A DNA stretch of 64,000 nt. Origin: Octopus sinensis (lineage: Eukaryota). Each line of letters opens with the position of its first letter. The first letter of the stretch is position 1. The stretch spans positions 33,914,001 to 33,978,000 of the forward strand of contig NC_043012.1 in the NCBI RefSeq assembly GCF_006345805.1, read 5' to 3'. Shown here piece after piece: positions 37,782 through 50,864 of the stretch. The notes beneath the pieces are model-generated. The model was not told the DNA's origin and ran no database searches. It saw nothing but the letters and a program-made list of their open reading frames with translations. The position numbers were made by a program, and so were the translations under genes.

Positions 37782-38214
37782 TATCTTAAGCAGTTATCTC
37801 CCTTATATTACTCTTTAAACCTGTTTCAGAGTTGTTTCCCTTTGTTAACTTGCTCTCCTATTTTTTTTAGTGGGAAACATTTTAACTTTTTTTGTTTTTT
37901 ATACAAGCAGCCACCTCCTTTATTACCTTTTGGTTGTATATTTGTGTGGGAGTGATAGCGATAGAGAGAGAGAGAGAGAGAGAGAGAGAAAATGTTTCCT
38001 TCATTTAGATTTCCTCCACCCGAGAGGAAACATGTCGGAAGTAAAAAAAGATTTTTTGCTGTAAATATTATGAAAATGCAAAGAGTAAGATGGGAAATGT
38101 TGTACATGTTTATATGTAAGGAAATATGTTTGGTTCATAGACACACACACCAATACACACACACACTGACTTGTACATAGAACTGTATGGAGTGTGTGTT
38201 GGTTACAGTATATT

Positions 38215-38462
38215 AATACTCGACAGTTATAATAATAATAATAATAATAATAATGAAATGATTGTATACAGTGCTCAGGTGCACCACAACTTGTCAAAAG
38301 TGCATATAAAGTATATGCAGTAATGTACAAATGTCTATGCTTGCGTGTGTATGGAGGGGGGAAAATCAGGTGTAGTGTTGGCGAATCTCAGGAAGCATGG
38401 AAGTTTTGAAGGATGCAGTGCTCCGACAACTAACAACTGATGCTGGCAGTCTGTTCCATGCT
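38215..38462 (-). mobile_element. CR1-like LINE 3' end with (ATT)n tail
   Basis: Reverse complement of the 30770 family UTR. Confidence 0.85.
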
Positions 38463-39206
38463 TTGTTATCATCGTTGCCGTCAACATTTAACATCTATTC
38501 TCCATGCAAGCCATCCATGTTGGATGACTTGACAGGAAATGGCAAGGCAAAGGGGCCACACCAGGTTCCATAGTCTGTTTTGGCTTGGTTTCTACAGCTT
38601 GCAGCCCTTCTTAATGTCAGTCATTTACAGAGTGCACTGGGTGCTTTTTTGATGGCACCAACACCTACACCAATATGTTTTATGTGGTACCTAGGTTTAA
38701 GGATCCGGAGCAGTTTTGATGGCAGGAATGGGAAAGGCATAAGAAGTCAGTGTTGTGGATGATGAATGATTTTGAGTATAGGAGGACACACAAAGAGGAG
38801 GATAAGGTTAACAGACAACCCCACATGTGGAACGACAGGATTAATAATGGTACACATGTGGGAGAGGACAGAGTTAAGTAAAATTAATCCCAATACATGA
38901 TTGGTACTTTGTTTCATCAAACCTGGAAAGAAAAGAGCAAATTTAACCCTGGAGATTCATCATCATCTAATGTCTGTTTCCCATGCTGGCATGGGTTGGA
39001 CAATTTGACAGGAGCTGACCAGCTGAAGGCCTGTTCTGTTTCCCTGTCTGTTTAGCATACTCTCTGTGGGTCCCAATATTTGTAGGTCCCTGTGAGTCCC
39101 AACGTCTGTCGAGTGTGATGATATATTACTAAAATCCCACAAAAAGCTATTTTATTTGTTTCTTCAAATCAATTCTGCCACAAAACCAACCTTCAGTAGT
39201 GTATAT

Positions 39207-39725
39207 ATCATCATCATCGTTTAACGTCCGCTTTCCATGCCAGCATGGGTTGGATGATTTGACTGAGGGCTGGCGAACCAGATGACTGCACCAGGCTCCA
39301 TTCTGATCTGGCAGAGTTTCTACAGCTTGATGCCCTTCCTAATGCCAACCACTCTGAGGGTGTAGTGGGTGCTTTTATGTGCCACCAGCACGAGGGCTAG
39401 TCAGGCAGTACTAGCAATGGCCATGCTCAGATGGTGTTTTTTATGTGCCACCTGCACAGGAGCCAATCCAGCGGAAGTGGCAACGGCCTCGCTCAAATAT
39501 TTTTTCATGTGCCGGTAAGGCGATGCTGGTAACGATCACACTCGAATGGTGCTTTTTACATGGCACTGGCAATGACCTCACTCAAATGTTTTTTCATGTG
39601 CCGGTAAGGCGATGCTGGTAACGATCACACTCGAATGGTGCTTTTTACATGGCACTGGCAATGACCTCACTCAAATGTTTTTTTCACGTGCCACCAGCAC
39701 AAGTGCTAGTAAGGTGACATAGGTA
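39207..39725 (-). mobile_element. RTE 3'-UTR fragment with an internal ~90-bp duplication
   Basis: (CAT)n and core; gtgccggtaaggcgatgctggtaacgatcacactcgaatgg occurs twice. Confidence 0.85.
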
Positions 39726-39738
39726 GTACTAGTAAGGT

Positions 39739-39770
<32 letters not shown>

Positions 39771-39777
39771 CCCATAA

Positions 39778-40284
39778 ATGAAAGGTTTAGTCCACTTTGA
39801 ACTTTTAAACCCAAACCAAATGATAACAAAGGAAATCTACTATGAGCAGCTTGAGTGGCTTAAGTCAGCGCTAGAAGAAAAACGTCCATCTTTGGTTTTA
39901 AGACAAAAGGTGTTCTTCCATCAGGATATGGCTCAGCCACACACGCCAACGATGACATTCCAAGGGCTGGAGCAGTTTAAATGGGAAACAATGCCCCACC
40001 CACCATATTTGCTAGACATTGCCCCTTCTGATTATCATCTATTCCGCAGTCTTCAAAATTATTTGGATGGAAAAAATATGAATTCTGTAGACGAGAACAG
40101 AACAGTACTGGAGGAGTATTTATCATCACAAACGAGTGAATTTTGGAAGAGGGGCCTTGCAAGTCTACCAGATAGAGCATTGTATAAGATGAAGGAGAGT
40201 ATATTTTAGATTGAAAAAGAACTTTATCTTAATTTTGAATAATAAAAGTATTATAAAAAACCAATTATTTCTGGGATGTCCCAA
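39778..40284 (+). mobile_element. mariner 3' half with right TIR
   Basis: KGLVHFELL..FFHQD..PPYLLDIAPSDYHLFRSLQNYL; related to the 24311 element. Confidence 0.9.
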
Positions 40285-40432
40285 TATATATATATATATA
40301 TATAAATATAAATATAAATGCCAATATGTTTTATAGTGTCTCCTTTTTTCATGCTTCATTTATGTAAATTATATTTCTTGTAAATTTTCAGAACCAGCCC
40401 AAGGATGGTAATAAGCACAAGCATGTATGTAT

Positions 40433-40469
<37 letters not shown>

Positions 40470-40664
40470 TAAATACACATTTTCATACAAACAAATATAT
40501 AACATACCTCTACAGTTTCAGTCAACCAAATTCTGCTGAAAAGGAGTTGGTCAACCAGAGACTGCATTGGAAGATACCCTCCCAAGATGATGTGCAGCAA
40601 GATTGAACCTGGAACACAAGGTTGTGAAGCAAAATTCTTAAGCACACACCTACATTTGCACCAG

Positions 40665-40890
40665 TGTATATATGTATAAGTTCAGCAAAATTTAGATTCA
40701 GATGAATATGGTACTTAAGTTAAAGGCATCAGAATTTTATATGGTATTATCCATATAAATCAAATGGGGTGATTATAATCAAAATAAGCAACAAGGATAT
40801 CCAAGGTAGAGTAGTACAATTGTTTCATGCTACTTCATTTTATTAAGCACTGTAAGTATTACGTCAGTTTTAAAATGTCGAACAATCTTC
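40665..40890 (+). repeat. Unclassified ~225-bp dispersed repeat, second copy at 53738-53965
   Basis: tatgtataagttcagcaaaatttagattcagatgaatatgg... is nearly identical in both places. Confidence 0.8.
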
Positions 40891-40913
40891 AGCCACACAC
40901 ACACACACACACA

Positions 40914-40959
<46 letters not shown>

Positions 40960-41034
40960 GGTATTTGGGCTAAATTTGATGGTTTGCATGAATGGAAAAG
41001 AAAACACAACATCCTATCAAAAATTGTCAGCTCG

Positions 41035-41625
41035 ATTATAGCTGGGAGATAACAATTTATCCAAAGTTGCTGCTCTCACTTTCCAGCACAGCCTCAGGCA
41101 GGTTCCAGAACCTGGCACATGTGTTTCTCACTGTGTCCTTAGGAAGATCTTTGAACCCCTTGATCTTAACTATTAGCTTGGCCTTGTTGTTTCAGGCATT
41201 GCAGTTGATGCCTTTCTCAACTGGACCCCACACATAGTAATTGCGAGGCCAGAATTACAAGGAATTAGGAGGCCATAAGTTGGGGCTGGTGAACTCATAG
41301 AAATTCTCCAACAATCACTTCTGACTCTTTCCTGAGGTGTGGCAAGGAACCAATTCTTGCTGCTACACATTTGGCCTTCAAGCAGCAACCACTTCCTGCC
41401 TAGGTTTCACTTCAGTCTCCAACAGCTTCAGATAATCATCTGAATTGAGCCGAAGGTTTGTTCAAAGATGTTGGCTGGCATGATGTCACCCTCACTGGAC
41501 CCAAAGACTATCATCACGGTTTGAGGGAATTTTATTTCCATGATACGTGGGACAACACATGGATTGTAAGCAAACCACCTGTTGTTCTCAGTGTTGTACA
41601 TCTGGTCCTTCTTTTCATCTGAGAG
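41035..41625 (-). pseudogene. maT/DD37D-type transposase relic
   Basis: SDEK...NRWFA...KFPQTVM...SSEGDIMP..IFEQ / LRLNSDDYLKLL / QQE..PCHTS / WPPNS...YYVWG; frameshifts and stops. Confidence 0.8.
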
Positions 41626-41890
41626 TGTGGGGATAAGGTGAACGGAATTAAATGGTCAGTGACGTCAATGGCTGAGAGGCCCTACCGGAAGAGTGAGTGA
41701 CGATGTGGGCTTCTTTGGCATCAGGCAGTGGGAGTGGATAGATGTGTGTAGATATGCAAGCTAGGAAGGGTTGAGCACATCTCAGATTTGACCCAGCCAA
41801 ATAGTCGACACTGAGAGGTAGATGAAATATATTACAATTTCATATGTCCTAATTTTGCATGTCACACTGTCATATACCATAACCATGTGT

Positions 41891-42120
41891 GAAGGTGGCG
41901 AGCTGGCAGAAACGTTAACACGCCGGGCGAAATGCATAGCTGTATTTCGTCTGCTGTTATGTTGAGTTCAAATTCCACCGAGGTCGACTTTGCCTTTCAT
42001 CCTTTCGGGGTCGATAAATTAAGTACCAGTTACGCACTGGGATCGATGTAATCGACTTAATCCGTTTGTCTGTCCTTGTTTGTCCCCTGTGTTTAGCCCC
42101 TTCTGGGTAGTAAAGAAATA
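41891..42120 (+). mobile_element. SINE family A with long TSD
   Basis: Flanked by atataccataaccatgtgt on both sides. Confidence 0.92.
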
Positions 42121-44199
42121 TATACCATAACCATGTGTATCCCAGATGTATATGACCTAAATCTTGTATTTTACTATTTTTTATTTTACAGTTTTCTAAG
42201 TTACAATCTGGTATGTCACAATTTTTACTATTCATGATATTCAACTTGTGAAAATTTGTAAATTTCTCTACAAAGAAAACCCATTAGTCTAAGACATTTT
42301 CAATTTCAATGATTCCTGATTTGTGATAATGTTCAAAATGTTTTCCATGTCCCAGCCTATGATCTTAAGTCAAAAGACATTTTATATTTGGTGTGATTTA
42401 GTCATTTCCTAATTAGTATAAATTGTAATTGCTCTGATGTTTTTATTAATTGATTTGGTTGTATGCCACCCTGGTTCTGTTGTATTTGATAAGTTTTAAA
42501 CTCATTCAATGTGAAGATTTTCAAAAACACTTAAAAAACAAAAATTTTTAGAAAATATTTCCAAACTCTTTTCTTTTTTTCAGAGAATTTTGAAGTTATC
42601 ATCATTTTAAAAATATATCTTATTTGCTCACCATTTCTAAAGTTCATATTACCAGACATGTTAGAATTATTCGAACTCATAAAAAAAATGGTGTCCTCCA
42701 AGACAGGTTTGAAAAAATAACAAAGTTTCACAACCGGTGTTATGATATAAGACAGCCTAGTTTGAATAATTACAACAAACTGGACTCTACTAAAGACACA
42801 CAAGGACCAAGTGCAGCTGATAAACCAGAAGATGAATTAGATCTCTGTTTCATGATGTCTCTTATGAACACAATCAACAATAGAAATTTTTAAATGAAAT
42901 TTATTTTGTTGAAGTTTTATTGATTCTAAACTTAAAAGTTTTAAAATTTCCTCATTTCCAACCAGAATAAGTTCCAAAAATATTGTAATTGATTTTAGAA
43001 ATTTTAATTCAATTTTCAGAACTTTACATCGATAGAAAAACAGAAAATTCTAGCACTCTCAGTTTTCAAGCTTTTACAATGCTTTGATATATTATTTTCA
43101 CAGTTATTTTCTTCCTTTTATAATTTTAAAAGTGATATTTTCTCATTTTCATGTTTCTAAATATGTCAGTATTGATAAACTTCATTCTACCGTCTCTGTT
43201 GTAGAATTCTTTGAAATGTAGAAATTTTCAATTTTTCATGACCCTGGACCTTTTTATAATAAAATTGAAAATTTCTATAATTCTAAGAAATACTTGAATT
43301 TGTCCTATTTTCTTATGATCTGTAATGTCTGTGATCCCGAGACATTGAGACTTATCACAACTTGTCACTATCACACTGCACCACACACAATTTCTTATGA
43401 TGCCCACCCCTTAAGACATGTCACAAATGATCACTGCACTCCTCCACCTTCTTTAACCCCCAGGGTCCTCGATATACCACAATTACCCATAATCATTCTC
43501 TTAAAATTGTTGATCTTGAAATTATTTTAAATGTTGATATTTTCAAATTTAAACAATTTTTTTTCAGCTGGTATCTATCATACTTTGCTAATGTTTGTCA
43601 TTTTTGAAAAATATTAAGAATTTGTTCTAAGTTATTAAGTATTTCAAATGTTCCATACTAATTAGAATTTATCATTAAATTCTCTTGAGTGTAGATATCA
43701 TTTGAACATTGTAAAATACTAATCAATATTGACCTTTATATAATTATAATTCTAAGAAAGAATTGGTTTCCTGAGGGAAATCCAGAGAAGAAACTGTGCA
43801 GCAAGTATAGTTGGCTGTGTGGTTAACAAGTTGGTTACACAACTACATGGCTCTGGGTTCAATCCCAATGCATAACATCCTAGGATAGTGTCTTCCCTCT
43901 TAGACTCTAGTTGACCAATATCTTGTGAGTGGCATCTGGGAGACAGAAACTGTGTGGCAATCCACACCTAGATGGACATTCCCATATCCCTTTTGCCATC
44001 AGAAATGCAGTAAGCCATTGGAAAGTTATGATCACTAAATGGTGAACTTAAGATCTTAAGTATTTATGAAGTGTGTAATGGTGGCTGTGTTTGTGGTGTT
44101 ATAATTATAAAAAATTGATTATAAAAAAATATAATTATAAAAAAAAAGAAATTAAAATGTCTCTGTTAATTCCTATCTACTTTGTGTGTGTGTGATCTC

Positions 44200-44570
44200 T
44201 TTCAGTCACTAGACTGAGACCATGCTGGGGCACTGCCATAAAAAAATTTTTAGTCGAATAAATTGACCCCAGTACTTATTTTTTTTTTAAGCCCAGTACT
44301 TATTCTATCAGTCTCTTTTTGCTGAACTGCTAAGTTCTAGGGACATGAACAAACCAACACAGGCTGTCAAGTGGTGGTGAGAGACAAACAGATGCAAAGA
44401 CACACACACACACATACATGTATACAACTGGCTTCTTTCAGTTTACCAAATCCACTCACAAGGCTTTGGTCATCCCAAGGTTATACTAGAAGACACTTTC
44501 CCAAGGTGTCACACAATGGGACTGAACCCAGAACCATGTGGTTGGGAAGCTAGCTTCTTACCACATGGAA
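44200..44570 (-). mobile_element. SINE family B, degenerate
   Basis: cagtcactagactgagaccatgctggg..., ccactcacaaggcttt, gaacccagaaccatgtgg motifs. Confidence 0.75.
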
Positions 44571-44824
44571 CTGGGTATGGAACCAGCCTTTGATTTCTTT
44601 TCTATTCAGAAGGGTTTTTCAACCCAATATTTACATATTATTCATAGCTTTATGTGCTTCAAGACCTAGTTCCAAAGGAAGAATTATTTCACATTTTCTC
44701 AACAGTTTCTAAATTCTTATGTCAACAATATCATTATCATCGTTTAACGTCCGTTTTCCGTGCTAGCACGGATTAGACGGTTTGACCGGGGTCTGGGAAG
44801 CCAGAAGGCTGCACCAGGCATATA

Positions 44825-44889
<65 letters not shown>

Positions 44890-44978
44890 GACATCCACAT
44901 ACATCCACATATACACACATACATATGTACACACACACATATACATAATATCACAAGTTTTCTAAATTTGTTGTTTAG

Positions 44979-45042
44979 GTCTGATCACTTGGAAAACTGT
45001 CCTGGATGTTCCCTTCTTTGGTACTGCAGTCCAAGCTGTAAG
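44979..45042 (+). CDS. SMYD3: SMYD3-like exon, MYND zinc finger core (SDHLENCPGCSLLWYCSPSCK)
   Basis: Acceptor ttgtttag, donor gtaggg; 64 nt, phase 2 to 0; CxxC...YCSxxC MYND pattern; splices in frame to 47320. Confidence 0.9.
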
Positions 45043-45739
45043 GTAGGGATTTTACTCAGTCTTGTTTGTCTCCCTTCTCTGCCATCTTCCCCAAAAAACA
45101 GTCCAGCCCCAGAACATCACAATCTTCTTCCTTTCACAATACTAAAAGCAATTTATTCTCTCTCCCTAATGTTCTTTCACATAACTTTGTTAATCCTTGA
45201 AATACCTGTCACACCTTAATGATGGACTTATATTTCAGTTGAAACCTTGATGACGACAACAACGCTTTAATAATAATAATAAGTCTACCAAATATAGGCA
45301 AATAAAGGCTTGAAATTTGGGGTAGAGTGCTAGGCAATTATATCGGCCCCTACAGATACTTATTTTACCATTCCTGTAAAGATGAAAGGCAAAGCTGACC
45401 TCTACAGAATTTAAACTCAGAACATAAATACAAATGAAATGCCACTAAGCATTTTGTCTGAAATGCTGATGATTCTGCGAGCTTTCAGTCTTAATAATAA
45501 TAATAATAATGATGATGAGTTCAAATTTTGGCACAAGGCCAGCAATTTCAAGAGAGGGGATAAATTTATTACATTGACCCTAGAGCTCAACTGGTACATT
45601 TTTTATCAACCCCCAAAAGGATGAAAGGCAAAGTTGACCTCATAGGAATTTGAACTTGGAACATAAAGACAGACAAAATGCTGCTAAGTATTTTGCCCAG
45701 CATGCTAACAGTTCTACCACCTCACTGCTATAATAAATG

Positions 45740-45774
<35 letters not shown>

Positions 45775-47248
45775 CTTCATCATCATCATCATCGTTTAAT
45801 GTTGGCTTTCCATGCTGGCATGGGTTGGACAATTTGACTGAGGACTGGCAAGCCAGGAAGCTGCACCAGGCTCTAATCTGGCAAAGTTTCTACAGCTGGA
45901 TGCCCTTCCTAACCCCAACCACTCCAAGAGTGTAGTGAGTGCCTTTTACATGTCACTGGCATCGACCATGCTCAAATGATGCTTTTACATGCCACCAGCA
46001 TGGGAACCAGTCAGGCAGCAATGGCATCAACCACAACTACGATTTCGCTTGACTCAACAGGTCTTCTCAAGCACACCATATTGCCCAAAGATTGAAAGGT
46101 ACTTTTTAATGGGCTGGTTATGCAACGCTGGCATCGGCCACAGCTACGATCTCACTTGACTTGCTAGGTCTTCTTAATCACAGCATATCTCCAAAGGTCT
46201 TGGTCACTTGTCGTTGCTTCTGTGATGCCCGATGTTCGAAGGTTGTGCTTCACCACCTCATCCCGTATCTTCCTGGGTTTCCCTTCTTCCACAGGTTCCT
46301 GCCAATGTTAGGCTGTGACATTTGTTCACACAACTGTTCTCATCCATTCACAACACATGACCGTACCAGCACAGTCATCTCTCTTGCACACCACATCTGA
46401 TGCTTCTTATGTCCAACTTTTCTCTCATATGTGCACACTGACATTACACATCCAGCAGAGCATACTAGCTTCATTTCTTTCAAGCTTATGTACGTCTTCA
46501 TCAGTCACAGCCCATATTTCATGCCGTGTAGCATGGCTGTTCACACACATGAATCATACAGTCTACCTTTTACTCTGAGTGAGAGGCCCTTTGTTACCAG
46601 CAGAGGTAGGAGCTGCCTGAACTTTGCCCAGGCTATTCTTATTCTTCTCAGAGCATCCACCTCCAATACTAACTTGGTCACCTTGGTAATGGAAGCAATC
46701 AACTACTTCTAAATTTTCCCCCTGGAATGTGATGGAATCTGTTTTCTGTACGTCTTTGGTGTTTATTGCCCCGGTGCATCTGCCACACACAAAAACTATC
46801 TTTCCAGTTAGCCTTTATTTGATATTGCTGCACCTCTTATGTGTCCATAGATTACACCAGGCACATCTTATGGAGTTTCTACCTATGCCTTTTCTACAGA
46901 TCGAGCAGGGCCATCTACCTGATGGCATTTGTGATTTGTCTGCCTTTCTGCTTACTAGGACTTTGGTTTTTGCTAGATTGACTCTAAGGCCCTTTGATTC
47001 TAGTCCTTGCTTCCACACCTGAAACTTCTTCTCTAGTTCTAGTAGGGACTCAGCTATTAGAGCAAGGTCGTCAGCATGGAGGAGCTCCCAGGGGCAGCCT
47101 GTCTTGAATTCCACTGTTATTGCCTGGAGGACTATGATGAATAAGAGGGGGCTGAGGATTGATCCCTGGTGAACCCCTATTTCTACCCGGAATTCTTCAC
47201 TGTACTTGTTCCCAACACTCACCTTACTGACAACATCCCTGTATATGA
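45775..47248 (-). mobile_element. 5'-truncated RTE-type LINE (RT C-terminus to (GAT)n tail) in a SMYD intron
   Basis: GVHQGSILSPLLFIIVL..GCPWELLHADDLALIAES..LESKGLRVNLAKTKV. Confidence 0.93.
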
Positions 47249-47319
47249 CTTGTAAAATAAAGTCTCAAGTGTTTTGTGAAAGGGAACAAAGGTAAATGAT
47301 ATATCTATTATCTCTTCAG

Positions 47320-47433
47320 GAAATGGATCTTGATGTACATAGAACTGAATGTCTTTGCTATCAGAACCAAGGTGATCCAGTGTTGCCACCATCAGACATC
47401 AGAATGGTATTGCGACTGGTTATCCGATGGCAG
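47320..47433 (+). CDS. SMYD3: SMYD3-like exon, end of MYND and start of I-SET (EMDLDVHRTECLCYQNQGDPVLPPSDIRMVLRLVIRWQ)
   Basis: tctcttcag acceptor, gtatgt donor; 114 nt, phase 0-0; HxxEC completes MYND; PPxxIRxxxR resembles SMYD3 PPDSVRLLGR. Confidence 0.92.
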
Positions 47434-48017
47434 GTATGTGATTTCTATCTCTTCCAACAATATTTAATTTAGTTCCCTGATATTCCCTGTGGAGTTTTTA
47501 GACCATTTCTTAGACCATGTCTGTTTTCAGGCTTTAGATGTTAGGATAACTTGAAACCTTGATGTACCGACCACTGGGTCGTAGTGTCTACCACCATCCC
47601 AATCTCAGAGTTCCAACAAAGGTTACTGGTGCTGTACTTCCTTTTTCTCACTAATAAGATCTGCTGCCACTCACTCTTGTGGTTTTAGGAGGCCGATGTC
47701 ACAAGAAGACACCTTCTGGGCCTTGTCACCCTTAACCCAGTGAAACATTCATGATGTAACTACTTAAAGGAGATGGGGTTATATATGTGTTTGATTGCTG
47801 TTTTGGTAACTGATTCCTGGAAGAACAGCTGGTGAAGTTGACTTTCACAGAATTTGGACCAAGAACCCAGAGAACTAGAATTACAGTAAGACATTCTATG
47901 TGACCCCTTAACAACTCTATTTACCATTTTATACCATAACCCTTTATCGTTCAGATTACTCTGTCAAATATAATGCTTATCCAATTAGATTGTTTTTAAT
48001 TAATCATACATTAGGCG

Positions 48018-48445
48018 AGGTATGGCTGTGTGGTAAGTAGCTTGTTTACCAACCACATGGTTCTGGATTCAGTCCCACTGCGTGTCACCTTGGGCAAGTG
48101 TCTTCTACTATAGCCTCGGGCTGACCAAAGCCTTGAGAGTGAATTTGGTAGACAGAAACTGAAAGAAGCCCATCATATATATGTATATGTGTGTGTATAT
48201 GTTTGTGTGTCTGTGTTTGTCCACCCAACATCGCTTGACAACCAATGCTGGTTTGTTTATGTCCTTGTAACTTAGTGGTTCGGCAAAAGACACTGATAGA
48301 ATAAGTACTAGGCTTATAAAGAATAAGTCCTGGGGTTGATTCGGTCAACTAAAGGCGGTGCTCCAGCATGGCCACAGTCAAATGACTGAAACAAGTAAAA
48401 GAGTAAAAGAGAGAGTAAAAGAGTAAAAGAGAGAGTAAAAGAGTA
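48018..48445 (+). mobile_element. SINE family B with expanded (GTAAAAGA) tail
   Basis: Full head-to-tail match to the 20335 copy. Confidence 0.9.
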
Positions 48446-48664
48446 TCTCATAACTTTGAAATTTTGATGATGTGACTGTTTATATTTACAATAACATTGT
48501 AGGGTAGGTGTGAAAGGCTTGATCAGGCCAGTTTGAACAATAAAACAGGTAGATTATTTTGGTCAGACATGGATGGTTTAAATGATAAGGGGTTAAAATT
48601 CTTAATTAATGCAGATATTGCTAAGTCTGGTGATAAAATTCTTTTTTTGTTTTGTTTTGGCCAG

Positions 48665-48734
48665 AACAAAGACTATTGTAAAGAATTTGTTGAAGACCCA
48701 ATGTGGAAAAGACAGTTCCTTGAATTAATGTCAC
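48665..48734 (+). CDS. SMYD3: SMYD3-like exon (NKDYCKEFVEDPMWKRQFLELMS)
   Basis: ttttggccag acceptor, gtatgt donor; 70 nt, phase 0-1; FxxLMSH motif formed with the next exon. Confidence 0.85.
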
Positions 48735-48986
48735 GTATGTAGTTATTTACTCTTTTATTGGTTCCACTCACTGAACTGGGGCCATGTTGGAGCACTACCA
48801 TTATTTAATAATTTTTATGTAAATTTTGTTTCCTTTATTAACAAAATATTTTCATTTTCATAAAATTTTGATATATTTTTTTTATATATTAAAACAATTA
48901 TTAAACAAAAATATATCTTATGATTAGTCTTTCTCTTTTCTTGTCTTCTATGCATATTTCCCAGCCAATAACTAGTAATTACTTTT

Positions 48987-49302
48987 CATCATCATCATCA
49001 TCATCGCTTAACGTCTGTTTTCCATGCTAGCATGGGTTGGATGGTTTGATCGGGGTCTGGGAAACCAGAAGACTGCACCAGGCTCCAGTCTGATCTGGCA
49101 GTGTTTCTACGGCTGGATGCCCTTCCTAACGCCAACCACTCCGTGAGTGTAGTGGGTGCTTTTTACGTGTCACCGGCACAGGTGCCAGACGAGTCTGGCA
49201 AACAGCCATGATCGAATGGTGCTTTTTATGTGCCACTGGCACGGGGGCCAGGCAAGGCTGGCAAGGGCCACGAACGGATGGTGCTTTTTACGTACCACCA
49301 GG
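48987..49302 (-). mobile_element. RTE 3'-UTR fragment
   Basis: (CAT)n and core. Confidence 0.85.
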
Positions 49303-49426
49303 TTAAACAATTTTGTTTTGGTAGAAAACTAATATGCACAGCATTCCTCCTCTAACTACATTATATTTATCTATAGTAGAAGACCTATGTATAAGTACGA
49401 TAATAGAGATTTTAAATCTGTTTCAG

Positions 49427-49542
49427 ATTATCAGGAATTGAAACAAAGTGGTGTCAAATTCAATTTAACTTATTTCCATGATGTGGTTGGAAAGACTCTT
49501 GAGTTACCCTCGGATGAAACTATATTTGAAATGTATGGAAAA
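49427..49542 (+). CDS. SMYD3: SMYD3-like exon (HYQELKQSGVKFNLTYFHDVVGKTLELPSDETIFEMYGK)
   Basis: ctgtttcag acceptor is the phase-1-compatible one; gtgagt donor; 116 nt; LPxxxxIFExxGK resembles the SMYD I-SET end. Confidence 0.85.
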
Positions 49543-49599
49543 GTGAGTTTTACAATCAATTTCATCACTTCTGTTTAACACTGTTGTTATTGTTATTAT

Positions 49600-49982
49600 T
49601 GTTGTTGTTTCAGCTGTTGCTGTTGGGTGTAGTGGTCTTCGTCCAGTGGGAGAAGTCCGAAACGTGGTCCTTTGCTATTCGTAAGACCCGCAGAAGAGAA
49701 AGCAGGTCAACCCCTGACACCGAGAGCATCGATGGATGGATGAATGCGCCTCCAGGCTCAGCGGTTGCGTAGGAAGTCGGGGACAAGAAACAGGAAGAAA
49801 GAGTGAGAGAAAGTTGGGGCGAAAGAGTACAACAGAGGTCGCCACCACCCCCTGCCGGAGCCTTGTGGAGCTTTAGGTGTTTTCGCTCAATAAACACACA
49901 CACAACGCCCGGTCTGGGAATCGAAACCGCGATCCTCCGACCGCGAGTCTGCTTCCCTAACCATTGGGCCATTGCGCCTCCA
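49600..49982 (-). mobile_element. tRNA-headed SINE (family D)
   Basis: Minus strand: ggcgcaatggcccaatggttagg...ggtttcgattcccagaccgggcg (A and B boxes); (AAC/AAT)n tail. Confidence 0.85.
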
Positions 49983-50554
49983 CTTGTTAATTCTGCTGCT
50001 GTTACTATTGTAGTAATAATATTGTGGTTTAGCCCAAGGTCAGATTAATTAAACAAACTAATGGTTAAAAGTATTATAGAGTCCTTTATATTTTTAAGAC
50101 TTATGGATGTGATTTAGCTGACGTTTCTACTTGGTCAAGCAATTGCATCTAGGGCAGAGGGCGTTTTTTTTAGTTGGCTAATTGAAGTTATTGTTAATGA
50201 GGTGGTGTTGGTGATTGATGGCCTGGTCAATCTGGTGCTGGAGCAGTTGTTTCCCTTCTGGTGGTTATAGTTGTGGCTGTTGTTGCAAGAATTTATATAT
50301 TCCTTATTCTTAATTTTTGACTGTTTTGGTCATATTTTTGGTACTACAATATAACCATCAACATAGCCAACATGATGGAACCACCAGACAGAAGTCTCAA
50401 ACTAAACTAAAATATGACAGCAGCAGAAAACCTAAACACAGAAATAAGTATACAGCCTCTTTGTTTTTTGGTTTTTTTTTTCTGTTTTTTTTTCTTGAAG
50501 GTATTTTTTGTTGGTTTTTTGTTCTGTTCTATTCTATTTTGCCGTTTATTCCAG

Positions 50555-50625
50555 ATGCTTATTAACTGTTTTGCAATTCCTGATGAAGATTATACCCTCT
50601 CTATTGGAACTGGAATTTATCTGAG
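50555..50625 (+). CDS. SMYD3: SMYD3-like exon, SET core (MLINCFAIPDEDYTLSIGTGIYL)
   Basis: ttattccag acceptor, gtaaaa donor; 71 nt, phase 0-2; matches the N(S/C)FxI...GxGxY SMYD motif. Confidence 0.93.
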
Positions 50626-50864
50626 GTAAAAATCAAGTAATCTTATTTGATGCTTAGAGCTATAATTAATTATCTGTATTGATACTGGAACATTAGTTAA
50701 TTTTTAAATTCCTCTATTGCAACTGTTGTGAAATCCTCTCCTGCTACATAGAACCACAATTCGAATTATGTTCTTGCTTTGCCCCACCCCTCCAAATATG
50801 AACTGAGCACTCTTCTTTGCAAGAAACTTAGTTTGGTTTCATTTTAAAAAGAACTTCCTGTTAG

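Noticed and set aside
42624-42893. 89-aa ORF with a BESS-like tail (EDELDLCFMMSLM)
   Set aside because: Similarity is limited to a few residues in AT-rich sequence; cannot be supported without a profile search.
49377-49426. Longer 5' boundary for the exon at 49427 (ORF from 49387)
   Set aside because: The upstream AGs give phase 2, incompatible with the phase-1 donor at 48734.
49880-49982. tRNA gene
   Set aside because: The tRNA-like head continues into a SINE body and tail; no proper acceptor stem or terminator.
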